Below, piece by piece: positions 16,319 to 26,241 of a stretch of DNA of 47,076 bases. Both the position numbers and the translations under genes were made by a program. The notes under the pieces are model-generated. The model made no database searches. It worked only from the letters and a program-made list of their open reading frames with translations, and was not told where the DNA came from. Source of the DNA: Candidatus Acetothermia bacterium (GTDB taxonomy: Bacteria > Bipolaricaulota > Bipolaricaulia > M55B111); NCBI GenBank assembly GCA_046543285.1, contig JBKGZS010000003.1, positions 1 through 47,076 of the forward strand, in the 5' to 3' direction. Position 1 is the stretch's first letter; each line of letters opens with the position of its first letter.

Positions 16319-17347
16319 ATGTTTTCTGTGAAAGATCTCAGGATTGAACGTGAACCGACCCCGGGCGCTCTGGGGGAAGGTTATTTCAATTTCAGTGACA
16401 GGTACTCCGTCTTTGATTGGGGCGAGATGCCCGATTTGATACCAGCTAAAGGTCAGGCGCTGGCCATGATGGGCGGTTACAATTTCGAACTTTTGGAGGA
16501 AGCCGGTCTTTACACTCACTACCGGGGAATGGTTGAAGGCGGGGATTGTCGACTAACTACCCAGCTCTCCTCACCTTCCGATCGCATGGCCGTCAGTCTG
16601 GCCTGGCGACCGGAGTTAACTTACGACGAAGGTTATCAGTATCCGGATCTGGAGGAAGTTGACAATTATTTGATTCCCCTGGAAGTGATTTTTAGAAACT
16701 CGATTCCCGAAGGTTCCTCTATCCGCAGGAGATATGATCCTCAGGATCTGGGGTTCGATATAGGCCAGTGGCCTGAGGAGGAACTGCCGCTTTCCGAGCC
16801 CCTTGTCGAATACTCCACGAAACTGGAAGAGAAGGACCGCTATCTGGAGATTGAAGAAGCTTTCCAAATTTCCGGGTTGACCGAAGGCGAGTTCGATCAG
16901 CTAGAAGAAGTAGCTGAAAAGGTAAACGCTATCCTCACTGATCATGCGGAAGCACAGGGCTTTGATCATCTGGATGGGAAGATAGAATGTGTATATTCCA
17001 AAGGGAAAATCCTGGTTGCCGACGCCGTAGGAACTTTTGATGAAAACAGGTTTTCCTGGAGAGATTTCCAGATTTCTAAGGAGGTGCTGCGCCAGTGGTA
17101 TCGTGAAAACGATCCAGATTGGTATCGGTCTCTGGATGAAGGCCGAAAACTGGCGAAGCAAAAGGGTTCTTCTGACTGGAAGAGTTTTGTCGAAAGAGAC
17201 CCTAAACCCCTGACGCCGGATTTTCTCGACCTCGTTTCCAAGATGTACAGGGCCGGGACGAACCATTGGCTGAACAAAAAAATCTTCGACGTCGAAGAGT
17301 TAGCTAAAGTTACGGAGGAGATCAAACAATGGGTAAAGATTCACTAG
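16319..17347 (+). CDS. purC: SAICAR synthetase, long archaeal-type form
   Basis: SVKDL..FSDRYSVFDWGEMPDLIPAKG, IPLEVIFRN, YSTKLEEKDRYL, DGKIE, ADAVGTFDENRF, SKEVLRQWY. Confidence 0.92.
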   Translation: MFSVKDLRIEREPTPGALGEGYFNFSDRYSVFDWGEMPDLIPAKGQALAMMGGYNFELLEEAGLYTHYRGMVEGGDCRLTTQLSSPSDRMAVSLAWRPELTYDEGYQYPDLEEVDNYLIPLEVIFRNSIPEGSSIRRRYDPQDLGFDIGQWPEEELPLSEPLVEYSTKLEEKDRYLEIEEAFQISGLTEGEFDQLEEVAEKVNAILTDHAEAQGFDHLDGKIECVYSKGKILVADAVGTFDENRFSWRDFQISKEVLRQWYRENDPDWYRSLDEGRKLAKQKGSSDWKSFVERDPKPLTPDFLDLVSKMYRAGTNHWLNKKIFDVEELAKVTEEIKQWVKIH

Positions 17348-17841
17348 TAGTAATTTTTATGGGGTCCGAAAAGGATCTCGATCATGCAGAAGAAATCGTT
17401 GAAGTATTGGATCGCTTCCAGGTTGAGCACGAAGTCCGAGCTCTTTCGGCCCATAAGCTGGCGCGGGTGGTGCTGGAAGAACTGGAAAACTACGACGAAA
17501 GTTACGAGCAGGTAATCTATATTGCCGTGGCAGGCAGGTCAAATGCACTGGGCCCGATGATTTCTGCCCATACTACGAATCCCGTTATCAATTGCCCTGT
17601 TATCGGCAGTTTTCAGGAAGACCTCTTTTCTTCTCTGCGAACTCCTTCCGCGGTTCCCTGTTCTACAATATTGGATCCGGGAAATGCCGCAATTCATGCT
17701 GTTCAAATACTCGGTCTTTCCGATCAGGATTTGAGCGCCAGACTCCGAGAGTGGCGAGCTCAGGTAGTCGAATCTCTAAAAGAGACCGACCGGAAGGTCC
17801 AGGAAAAGGGCGACCAACCCCAAAGAGGCCGGGTGGTTTGA
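17329..17841 (+). CDS. purE: AIR carboxylase PurE, class II-like
   Basis: VVIFMGSEKD, SAHK, IAVAGRSNALG, PVINCP, DLFSSLRTPS. Confidence 0.9.
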   Translation: MGKDSLVVIFMGSEKDLDHAEEIVEVLDRFQVEHEVRALSAHKLARVVLEELENYDESYEQVIYIAVAGRSNALGPMISAHTTNPVINCPVIGSFQEDLFSSLRTPSAVPCSTILDPGNAAIHAVQILGLSDQDLSARLREWRAQVVESLKETDRKVQEKGDQPQRGRVV

Positions 17842-18953
17842 TGCCTTTAGCCGTCGATGAGCTGAAATCCGTGGCAGAAAGTTATAAAGTCGAAGACCCC
17901 ACCGATTTGACCATAGGTGTTCTGGGTTCTCATTCAGCCCTGGAAATCGGTTCAGGTGTCAGGGACGAGGGAATGAACACAGTAGTGGTCTGTCAGAAGG
18001 GAAGAGAGGAAACTTATACCAAGCATTATCGCAATCTTTTCGATCACTACTTGCTGCTTGATGATTTCCAGGAGATGGCATCCCCTGAAAATCAGCAAAA
18101 ATTACGAGATTTAAACACCGTCTTCATCCCCAATCGCTCGTTCTCATGTTATGTAGGTTACGATCGGATCGAAAACCAACTCCGAATACCGATGCTGGGC
18201 AACCGTTTTCTACTCCGCACTGAAGAGAGAGACGTGGAGAAAAATCAATATTACCTACTGGATCAGGCGGATATCAGCAGGCCCCGGGAACTGAGCAGTC
18301 CCCAGGAAATCGAGTCTCTGTGTATCGTGAAATTGCACGAGAAAGAGCGATCGGTAGAACGCGCTTTTTTCTATGCTTCCAGTTTCCAGGAGTTCCAACG
18401 GCGGGCCCAGGAGCGCATTGATAAAGGAATCATTGCCGAGGATGATCTGCGTGAGGCCACTATCGAAGAAGTGGCTTTAGGGGGGCTCTTTAACGCCAAT
18501 TACTTCTGGTCTCCCTTGGATGACGAAGTCGACTTACTGGGTTTTGATCGGAGGATCCAATCAGATCTGGACGGGTTGCTGCGCTTGCCCGCGGAAGAGC
18601 AACTGGAAGCCGGCGTGGAACATCAAAACGTGGAAGTGGGGCACTACGGAGCGACCATGCGGGAGTCCCAGCTGGAAAAAATATTCCGAGCCGGACGCAA
18701 GTTCATCGAAACCTGCCGGGAGGAATACCCTCCGGGTATGGTTGGTTTGTTCGCTTTACAGGGGGTGCTGACCAAAGATTTGGAGTTTCAGGTGTTCGAT
18801 GTTTCCCCTCGAATTCCTGGCTGTCCCTGTGTCGAGCCCACTTCACCCTACATGAAGTACAAGTACGGCAAAGAAGTAGGGCCCGGCAGAAGGGTTGCCA
18901 TGGAACTGAAGCATGCAGTTCGCACAGGCGAGCTTTCGGAGGTCATAACCTAA
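17841..18953 (+). CDS. purP: Formate-dependent AICAR formyltransferase (FAICAR synthetase) family, ATP-grasp, paralog 1
   Basis: LGSHSALEI, FIPNRSFSCYVG, GNRFLLRTEER, RESQLEK, FDVSPRIPG, GRRVAMEL; start ATG 17841 overlaps the purE stop. Confidence 0.88.
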   Translation: MPLAVDELKSVAESYKVEDPTDLTIGVLGSHSALEIGSGVRDEGMNTVVVCQKGREETYTKHYRNLFDHYLLLDDFQEMASPENQQKLRDLNTVFIPNRSFSCYVGYDRIENQLRIPMLGNRFLLRTEERDVEKNQYYLLDQADISRPRELSSPQEIESLCIVKLHEKERSVERAFFYASSFQEFQRRAQERIDKGIIAEDDLREATIEEVALGGLFNANYFWSPLDDEVDLLGFDRRIQSDLDGLLRLPAEEQLEAGVEHQNVEVGHYGATMRESQLEKIFRAGRKFIETCREEYPPGMVGLFALQGVLTKDLEFQVFDVSPRIPGCPCVEPTSPYMKYKYGKEVGPGRRVAMELKHAVRTGELSEVIT

Positions 18954-19957
18954 TGGCATACGAATTCCCAACCGTCGCTACTTTATGCTCTCATTCGGCC
19001 CTTCAGATTTTCCACGGAGCAAGGCAGGAGAATCTGGGTACCCTCGGGGTCTGTACTCCCGAACGCAAGACTCTTTACAGCTCTTTCCCCCAGGCTTCTC
19101 CTGACGAACTCGTAGAGGTAGAGAGTTTCCAGGAGATACTAAACGAAGACCTTCAGGCCCAGCTCAACTCAGAGAACGCAATTCTGATTCCGCACGGTTC
19201 CTTCGTTGAGTACGTGGGGGCCGAGAAAGTGATGAACTCTCTTTCGACCCCGATCTTCGGCAATAGAGATACTCTCGAGTGGGAATCGGATCGGAACAAA
19301 GAGCTCCGCTGGTTGAAAAAGGCCGAGATTCAAGTCCCCGATGAATACAGCTCGCCGGAGGAGATTGAGGGTCTCGCAATCGTCAAATTTGGTGGAGCCA
19401 AAGGGGGAGCCGGCTTCTTTCTAGCCGGATCCACTGAAGAATTCTACGAGAAAATTGGAGATCGCTCTCCTGAACAGGCCACCATCCAGGAATGGATCGC
19501 TGGGACCCGTTACTATCCTCACTACTTCTATTCTCCGCTTGACGACAGGCTGGAAATCCTCGGTATTGACCGCCGCGACGAATCCAACGTAGACGAATAT
19601 TATCGGTGGGAGAAAGGGCCAAAGAGTTTTGTGGTCGTTGGAAACAAGCCTCTGGCGGTAAGGGAGTCGCTGCTTCCCAAGCTCCACCGAATGGGAAGAC
19701 GCCTGGTTGAGGTTTCTCAGAAAATGTTTCCGCCCGGCTTGATGGGTCCTTTCTGCCTGGAAACCGTCTGTACTGACGGTCTCGAGTTTGTGACCTTTGA
19801 AGTGTCAGCTCGAATCGTGGCCGGTACCAATCTCTATCCCATGGGTTCGCCCTATTCCTGGTACTATTACAACGAGCCGATGAGCACTGGGCGCAGAATT
19901 GCCCGAGAGATTCGGCAGGCAGTGCGGAGAGACCTGCTTGATAAAATAACCAGCTAA
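18953..19957 (+). CDS. purP: Formate-dependent AICAR formyltransferase (FAICAR synthetase) family, paralog 2
   Basis: [67 protein letters not shown]; TAATG coupling to paralog 1. Confidence 0.9.
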   Translation: MAYEFPTVATLCSHSALQIFHGARQENLGTLGVCTPERKTLYSSFPQASPDELVEVESFQEILNEDLQAQLNSENAILIPHGSFVEYVGAEKVMNSLSTPIFGNRDTLEWESDRNKELRWLKKAEIQVPDEYSSPEEIEGLAIVKFGGAKGGAGFFLAGSTEEFYEKIGDRSPEQATIQEWIAGTRYYPHYFYSPLDDRLEILGIDRRDESNVDEYYRWEKGPKSFVVVGNKPLAVRESLLPKLHRMGRRLVEVSQKMFPPGLMGPFCLETVCTDGLEFVTFEVSARIVAGTNLYPMGSPYSWYYYNEPMSTGRRIAREIRQAVRRDLLDKITS

Positions 19958-19980
19958 ACCGTAGAGGAAGTGATTGAGGC

Positions 19981-21510
19981 GTGGATAAACTGTTAGTGCT
20001 CGATTTCGGCGGTCAGTACTCTCATTTGATTGCTCGTCGGATCAGGGAGGTCGGTGTCTATTCGGAGGTTCTCAATCCGGACCGGGATGACCTCCTGGAA
20101 ATCAGCGAACTGGAGGAGATCAAAGGGCTGGTTCTGTCCGGCGGGGCTTTCTCCGTTTACGACGAGGGAGCTCCGGAGTGCAGCGAGGAAGTTCTCGAAC
20201 TTGCCTGCCCGGTGCTCGGAATCTGTTACGGCCATCAGCTACTCGCCCAACTTGTCGGCGGAGAGGTTTCACCTGGAGAGTCCGCTGAATACGGTAATAC
20301 GGACCTCACAATCCGCCGTCACAACCATCTGCTTTCCGGGTTGGAAGAGACTGAGACCGTGTGGATGAACCACAAGGACACCGTGTTGAGCATGCCGGAT
20401 CGCTTTTCGATCCTGGCCACTACCGATCACTCACCGGTTGCCGTATTCGCCGACCCAGGTCGCGATCTTTACGGGGTCCAATTCCATCCGGAAGTAAGCC
20501 ATACTGACAAAGGTAAAAAAGTGCTGGAAAACTTTGCGGTTTCCATCTGCGGGGCCAATCCCAGTTGGGATCCCAGGGTGGCGGGCGAGGAGATGGTAGC
20601 GGAAGCAGAAGAAGCCCTTAAAGGACGTCGCGCCGTGATAGGGCTTTCCGGAGGGGTCGATTCCTCGACGGCTGCTGCCATTACCAGTCGGGCCATCGGC
20701 GATCGATTGCACGCAGTCTACGTTGATACTGGACTGATGAGGCGGGGTGATACCCGATTTATCCAGGAAACTTTCTCCGGTTCTTCGCTCAATTTACACA
20801 TTGTGGACGCCAGCGATCGGTTTTTCAAAGCCCTGAAGGGGGTAAGTGATCCGGAAGAGAAACGGAAAGCGGTTGGTGCCACGTTTATCGACGTGTTTGA
20901 TGAGGTGGCCCGGGAAGTCCAAGCCGACGTTCTGATCCAGGGCACTATCTATTCTGATAGAATCGAAAGTGGGATAACCGAACACTCCGCCACCATCAAA
21001 TCCCATCATAATGTAGGAGGTCTTCCGGAGGAGATGGATCTCGAGGTTTATGAACCTCTCCGGAATCTCTACAAGGACGAGGTCCGTCAGGTGGCCGAGG
21101 AGTTTGGCCTGCCGGAAGTCACCCGAACCAGACATGTTTTTCCTGGTCCTGGATTAGCCATCAGAATTGTGGGGGAAGTTACTCCTGAAAAGGCCGAAAT
21201 AGTCCGCTCCGCCAGCTATATCGTGGAGGACGAACTTCGGAATGAAGGCCTCTATACTGATTTTTGGATGGCTTTTGCCGTTCTCTTATCTATCAGAAGC
21301 GTAGGAATCCAGGGCGATGCGCGCAGTTATAAATATCCGATTGTGGTGAGGGTCATCGAGTCCGAAGACGCGATGACCGCAAATTTTGCCCGCCTTCCTT
21401 ACGACCTGCTCCAGCGGATCTCAACTAGAATCACAAACGAAATCCAGGAAGTAAATCGTGTCGCTTACGACATTTCCAATAAACCTCCTTCTACCATGGA
21501 GTGGGAGTGA
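19981..21510 (+). CDS. guaA: GMP synthase (glutamine-hydrolysing)
   Basis: LDFGGQY, LGICYGHQ, QFHPEV, LSGGVDS, IKSHHNVGGL, FPGPGLAIR, KPPSTMEWE. Confidence 0.97.
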   Translation: MDKLLVLDFGGQYSHLIARRIREVGVYSEVLNPDRDDLLEISELEEIKGLVLSGGAFSVYDEGAPECSEEVLELACPVLGICYGHQLLAQLVGGEVSPGESAEYGNTDLTIRRHNHLLSGLEETETVWMNHKDTVLSMPDRFSILATTDHSPVAVFADPGRDLYGVQFHPEVSHTDKGKKVLENFAVSICGANPSWDPRVAGEEMVAEAEEALKGRRAVIGLSGGVDSSTAAAITSRAIGDRLHAVYVDTGLMRRGDTRFIQETFSGSSLNLHIVDASDRFFKALKGVSDPEEKRKAVGATFIDVFDEVAREVQADVLIQGTIYSDRIESGITEHSATIKSHHNVGGLPEEMDLEVYEPLRNLYKDEVRQVAEEFGLPEVTRTRHVFPGPGLAIRIVGEVTPEKAEIVRSASYIVEDELRNEGLYTDFWMAFAVLLSIRSVGIQGDARSYKYPIVVRVIESEDAMTANFARLPYDLLQRISTRITNEIQEVNRVAYDISNKPPSTMEWE

Positions 21511-21547
21511 CTTAATTCTCAGACTTTGACTGGCTAACCTTTGGTTC

Positions 21548-22894
21548 TCAGTAATAAGTCATGTACTTGTCGATCTCCCAGTCCGTAACTATGGTATTGT
21601 ACTCTTTGGTCTCCGTCCGTTTTGCTTTGAGGTATTTCGGGTAGATGTGGGGACCAAGGGTTTCCTGAATTAATTCATCTTTCTCCAGGTGATCCAGGGC
21701 TTCTCCAAGGGTTTGGGGTAAGGTGTGAATTCTTCTCTCCTTTTTCGTTTCACTGGCCATATTGTAAATATCTTCATCAACCGGTTCCGGTGGTTGAAGT
21801 CCCTTCTCAACACCTTCCAATCCTGCTCGCAATATTGCAGCGAAGGCCAGGTAGGGGTTTGCCGTGGGGTCCGGGCTCCGAAGTTCAATTCTGGTTGAAA
21901 CCTCCGGAGTATTGGTGGAAGGAATCCTGATCAATGCTGATCGGTTTACCTGTCCCCAGGAGACGTTAACTGGAGCTTCGTAGCCTGGGACCAGTCTCTT
22001 GTACGAATTGACAGTTGGGTTTGCGAGTGCGGTGATGGCGTCTATGTGATCTATGATTCCCGCGATGAAGTGCAGGCCCATATCGGAGAGATTATAGGGC
22101 TTGTTCGGGTTGTAGAAACAATTATCACCATCCTTGAACAGGGAGATGTGAGTATGCATACCCGAGCCGTTTTCTTGAGGAAGCGGTTTTGGCATAAATG
22201 TTGCGTGCAATCCTCGTTGAAGTGCTATTGTCTTGGTGGTGGTTTTGAAGGTACTTAAGTGGTCGGCGGTATGTAAGGCTTCTTCGTACTGGAAATCTAT
22301 TTCGTGCTGGCTGGGGGCAGCTTCGTGATGAGCTGTTTCAACATGAAAGCCCACTTTTTCCAGGTCAATGACTATGTCCTTGCGAGTTTGTTCTCCTTTG
22401 TCTACTGGTATTAGGTCGAAGTAACTTCCCCGGTCCGTCAAAATTGGAGAAGAGCTTTTCGGGTCACGTTCGAACAGGAAAAACTCGGGCTCCGGCCCAG
22501 TGTACATTTTGTAACCCGACTTCCGTGCTTTTTCCGCCACCTGCTTCAGGCACCAGCGGGGGTCGCCGTTAAAGTGAGTGTCGTCGGGCTGGTAAACATC
22601 ACAAATTACGCCGGCGTTTTTGTAGGTGAGCCCATTTGAGGTTGAAGATTCCCAGGGGTAAACCAATACGTTTTCCGGGTCCGGTTTTAGGTACATGTCC
22701 GATTCCGATATGCGGGTGAAACCTTCGATGGAAGAGCCATCGAAAGGAACCCCTTCCTCGAATGCCTTTGGCAGCTCCTCGATCGGGATTTCGACGTCTT
22801 TGGGGATGCCGAGGATGTCGGTGAACTGCAGTCGAACGAATCTGACGTCCTGCTCTTTGAGATCGGCGGTTATGCTCCTGACTTTGTCTTCCAC
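21548..22894 (-). CDS. glnA: Glutamine synthetase type I (GSI-alpha-like)
   Basis: RLQFTDILG, FDGSSIEGF, GPEPEFFLF, HHE..PSQHEI, TFMPKP, NGSGMH, SYKRLVPGYEAP, RIELRSPD; start moved to GTG 22894 (GGAGG SD). Confidence 0.96.
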   Translation of the reverse strand: MEDKVRSITADLKEQDVRFVRLQFTDILGIPKDVEIPIEELPKAFEEGVPFDGSSIEGFTRISESDMYLKPDPENVLVYPWESSTSNGLTYKNAGVICDVYQPDDTHFNGDPRWCLKQVAEKARKSGYKMYTGPEPEFFLFERDPKSSSPILTDRGSYFDLIPVDKGEQTRKDIVIDLEKVGFHVETAHHEAAPSQHEIDFQYEEALHTADHLSTFKTTTKTIALQRGLHATFMPKPLPQENGSGMHTHISLFKDGDNCFYNPNKPYNLSDMGLHFIAGIIDHIDAITALANPTVNSYKRLVPGYEAPVNVSWGQVNRSALIRIPSTNTPEVSTRIELRSPDPTANPYLAFAAILRAGLEGVEKGLQPPEPVDEDIYNMASETKKERRIHTLPQTLGEALDHLEKDELIQETLGPHIYPKYLKAKRTETKEYNTIVTDWEIDKYMTYY

Positions 22895-23107
22895 TAAATT
22901 TCGCCTCCGATAATAAAAAATGAGTGTATTCAAGTATAAAGATCATTCGCAATATTTCAACCTAAAGGTCAATTAAACTTTAAAGGATGAATCTATGAGG
23001 TTACTAAGGTTTATTAATTACAGAAAATCAGCGGTATTAATTTATTTATTCAATATAGCTATTACGAGTTTGCAAGTCCTCGACGAACTTGTTATTCTGG
23101 ATTTGTG

Positions 23108-23557
23108 ATGAGCGTAAATGCTTTGGACCTGAAAATTATCCGCCACCTGCAGGTAAATAGCAGGGCTTCGCTGAGCAAAATTGCTGAAGAGCTGGATATT
23201 TCTCCAACCACTGTCAGTAACAGGCTTGAAAAGCTCAGAGAGGACGGGATTATAGATAAATTCAGCCTTAAGCTCAACTTGCCCGCCCTCGGCTTTGGGC
23301 TCACTGCCGTGATCAAAATCAAGGCCAAGGGAACCAATATTCGCCAGGTAGTCGAGGAGCTGCAGGACTATCCTCATTTGACTCACATATACGAAATCAC
23401 CGGTGATTTCGATATTTTGGTGATCGGGAAGTTTAAAAGCAGAGAAGAAATGAACGAGGAGATCAAGCGCTTGCTCCGGAATTCCAAGATTGAGGAAACC
23501 AATACCTCGGTGGTTCTCTCCACAGTCAAAGAGTACGAAAACTCCGAACTAATTTGA
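23108..23557 (+). CDS. Lrp/AsnC family transcriptional regulator
   Basis: LDLKIIRHLQVNSRASLSKIAEELDISPTTVSNRLEKL HTH; ITGDFDIL RAM domain. Confidence 0.93.
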   Translation: MSVNALDLKIIRHLQVNSRASLSKIAEELDISPTTVSNRLEKLREDGIIDKFSLKLNLPALGFGLTAVIKIKAKGTNIRQVVEELQDYPHLTHIYEITGDFDILVIGKFKSREEMNEEIKRLLRNSKIEETNTSVVLSTVKEYENSELI

Positions 23558-23596
23558 TTTTCCGCAGGATCTATTCTAAAATGGTATCGATTTGTA

Positions 23597-24271
23597 ATGA
23601 CAGAGCTCCGAGATTTCAAAATATTTAGTGAATTAAACGAGAGGGATCTAGAAAACCTTCGTGAAAGCGTCAAAGCCATCGATTATGGGAAAGGGGAGAT
23701 AATATTTCAGGAAGGAGCTCCCTCCTTTGGCTTTTATTTGATTTTTGAAGGCCTGGTAAAACTGGTAAAAAGGACGCTCCGAGGAAAAAAACAAATATTG
23801 AAGCTTGCCGGGCCAGGTGAATTTCTCGGTGAAGCCACGCTTTTCGACAAAGGCACTCACGTCGCTTATTCTAAAACCCTGACCGACTGCGAGGTTGGTT
23901 TCGTGGAGCGTGGGGATTTCTTTTATTTTTTAGAAAAGCACCCCCAGACCATCTTTCGCATTTTTGAAAAAATGTCCGAGGAATTGAAGGCATTTCAGAG
24001 TAAACTTGCCGAGCGCTCCTACAACAGCAGCAAAGAACGCCTCGCTCGCTTCATCCTCAGTCTGGGCCAGAAAGGGATCGAGCTCTCGCGTGCGGAGCTG
24101 GCCGAATTGGCCGGCGTCTCCTCCAAAACGGCAATTAGGACTCTGGGCGAACTTGAGGATCGAGGATTTATAAACATCAAGGACCGCAAGATCGAGATAC
24201 TGAGCGAGGAAAACATCGCCAATCTTGCTGAACCATTTCCCGTTTCACTCGACGACAACCTTATTATCTGA
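23597..24271 (+). CDS. Crp/Fnr family transcriptional regulator
   Basis: KGEIIFQEG..FYLIFEGLVK..GPGEFLGE cNMP-binding fold; LSRAELAELAGVSSKTAIRTL HTH; no FNR cysteine cluster. Confidence 0.92.
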   Translation: MTELRDFKIFSELNERDLENLRESVKAIDYGKGEIIFQEGAPSFGFYLIFEGLVKLVKRTLRGKKQILKLAGPGEFLGEATLFDKGTHVAYSKTLTDCEVGFVERGDFFYFLEKHPQTIFRIFEKMSEELKAFQSKLAERSYNSSKERLARFILSLGQKGIELSRAELAELAGVSSKTAIRTLGELEDRGFINIKDRKIEILSEENIANLAEPFPVSLDDNLII

Positions 24272-24442
24272 TAATTCAGAAAGCCAAGTGATGGTTGTCC
24301 TTGCCACCCTTCCTGAAATCTGCTAATTTTGAAGTTGAATGCGAGTGATTGGGTTCGTGATTCGTTTCTCCGCACATCCATAATATCTTAGCTGGCCTGG
24401 TAGCCGGACGGCGTAAGGTTTGAGCTGCTAAGCCAAACGGAA

Positions 24443-26224
24443 GTGGTTCGTTTGACCAAACGTGCTGCATTATTCGTTGCCACCTATATACTGATCTTCA
24501 TTCTAATTTACGCTCTCGAATTGACTAACCCCTTTCTGTTAGGTTCGCTAGTAGTTTTGCCGGGCCTGTTGGGCGCAGCTCTTTTGGGATTCAGGGCTTC
24601 AGTGAGGAACACCGCTGACCGTTTTCAAGGCTGGGGGACGCACAAATACGCGGAGAAAATCTTCCAAAATTCTTCGAACATGCTCTTCGTAGTCGATCGG
24701 GAGGGTAACGTCTTGCGCCGCAACAGGGCCTCTCGAGAGACTCTTGGCAGGGCAGGCAGGGATAATTTGAATGTGGCCGAAATCGTGCACCCGGAAGACC
24801 TCGATAGAGTAAAAAGCGAACTAAAAAGGATGTTTGATGGGGGGTATATCAGGGATCTCCAGCTTCGAGTAATTCCCGAGAAAAGTCTATCGGAAGCGGA
24901 AGAAACCATCCCGGTCGTTATGCAGGGTAACTCCGTGACCGATTATGCGGGTGTCATCGAATTTGCCAACCAACAGGAGCAACATCGACTGAGGCGAAAG
25001 TTGCGAGAATCCGCCGCCCGTTACCGCTATCTGATTGAGGACGCCATCGATACACTTGATTCGGGAGTCGTTCTCATAGACAAGAATCGAGAAGTAGTGT
25101 GGTTGAACGAGACCATGGAACATTTCTTCGGGATTGATAGAGAAAATATCATCGGCCTTTCCGCCAATCGGGCCTTACGGACCTATGTGGATTCTTTTGA
25201 CTCGCCCGAAGATTTCCTGGAAGTTGCGGAGGGGGCCTACGCCAGTGACGAATATGTGGGGAACCACACTTGTTATTTGACTGACGGTCTGGGAAAAACT
25301 CAGCGGATATTGGAATATAGGAGCATTCCGATTGAGACCGATCGATATGCAGGAGGACGGATTGAGCACTACATCGATATTACCGAAGTAAAGAGACTGG
25401 AACGCAACTTGAGAGAGAAAACTCGCAGATTGAAAAACAGCAACGAGAAACTTGAAGAGTTTTCAAGAGGTATTTCGCATGACCTGAAGGCGCCCCTGCA
25501 GACTCTTGAAGGTTACAGTCAGATGCTTCTTGAGGACTACTCGGAGGAATTGGGTGAGGACGGGCGGAGCAAACTCGAAGCTTTGAGTCATACCTCTCAA
25601 CGGCTGAGAGATCGCATAGAAGGTCTGTTGACTTATTCTAGCATTGAGGTACGGGAAGATTCTTTTGAAAGAGTAGATCTGGGTCGACTGCTGTCGGAGC
25701 TGAGGGAAGATTTGGAATACGTTCTGGAGGACGTGGATCTCCGCGTTCCTGACGAGTTTCCTCCTTTGCGCGGGAATCCCACGTTGATCACTGAACTCTA
25801 CAGCAACCTCATTTCCAACGCCGTTAAGTACAATGACAAAGAGGTTGCCAAGATCGAAATCGGGTGGGAAAATAGTGACGGTATCCGGAATCTGCTGTGG
25901 GTCAAGGATAATGGTCAGGGTATCAAAGAGCGTTATTTGGAGAAAATCTTCAAAGTCTTTGAAAAGTTGAATCCGCGCGAAAATCCGGAGGGAACGGGTA
26001 TCGGTCTCGCGCTTTGCAAACGTATCGTGGAAGAGCATGGGGGGCGAATCTGGGCGGAGTCCGAGGTGGGCGAAGGAACAACTTTCTACTTTACCCTACC
26101 TGGAGACCAGATTCGAGACCAGTCCTCGTATCGCCACTACGGTGACGGCGAGGGGTCGGAAATGTACGACCTCGAGAACGAGGGTAATGGAAAACACACA
26201 GAGGAGGTTAAGCCGGCGGGATAA
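24443..26224 (+). CDS. Membrane-anchored PAS-PAS sensor histidine kinase
   Basis: Two N-terminal TM segments, PAS motifs (VHPED; GVVLID..WLN), H-box SHDLKAPL, N-box NLISNAVKY, DNGQGI, GTGIGL, GEGTTFYFTLP. Confidence 0.92.
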   Translation: MVRLTKRAALFVATYILIFILIYALELTNPFLLGSLVVLPGLLGAALLGFRASVRNTADRFQGWGTHKYAEKIFQNSSNMLFVVDREGNVLRRNRASRETLGRAGRDNLNVAEIVHPEDLDRVKSELKRMFDGGYIRDLQLRVIPEKSLSEAEETIPVVMQGNSVTDYAGVIEFANQQEQHRLRRKLRESAARYRYLIEDAIDTLDSGVVLIDKNREVVWLNETMEHFFGIDRENIIGLSANRALRTYVDSFDSPEDFLEVAEGAYASDEYVGNHTCYLTDGLGKTQRILEYRSIPIETDRYAGGRIEHYIDITEVKRLERNLREKTRRLKNSNEKLEEFSRGISHDLKAPLQTLEGYSQMLLEDYSEELGEDGRSKLEALSHTSQRLRDRIEGLLTYSSIEVREDSFERVDLGRLLSELREDLEYVLEDVDLRVPDEFPPLRGNPTLITELYSNLISNAVKYNDKEVAKIEIGWENSDGIRNLLWVKDNGQGIKERYLEKIFKVFEKLNPRENPEGTGIGLALCKRIVEEHGGRIWAESEVGEGTTFYFTLPGDQIRDQSSYRHYGDGEGSEMYDLENEGNGKHTEEVKPAG

Positions 26225-26241
26225 CGTTGGCTCTATGATCA

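Noticed and set aside
25463-26038. 191-aa minus-strand ORF
   Set aside because: Antisense to the conserved kinase core; a typical shadow ORF.
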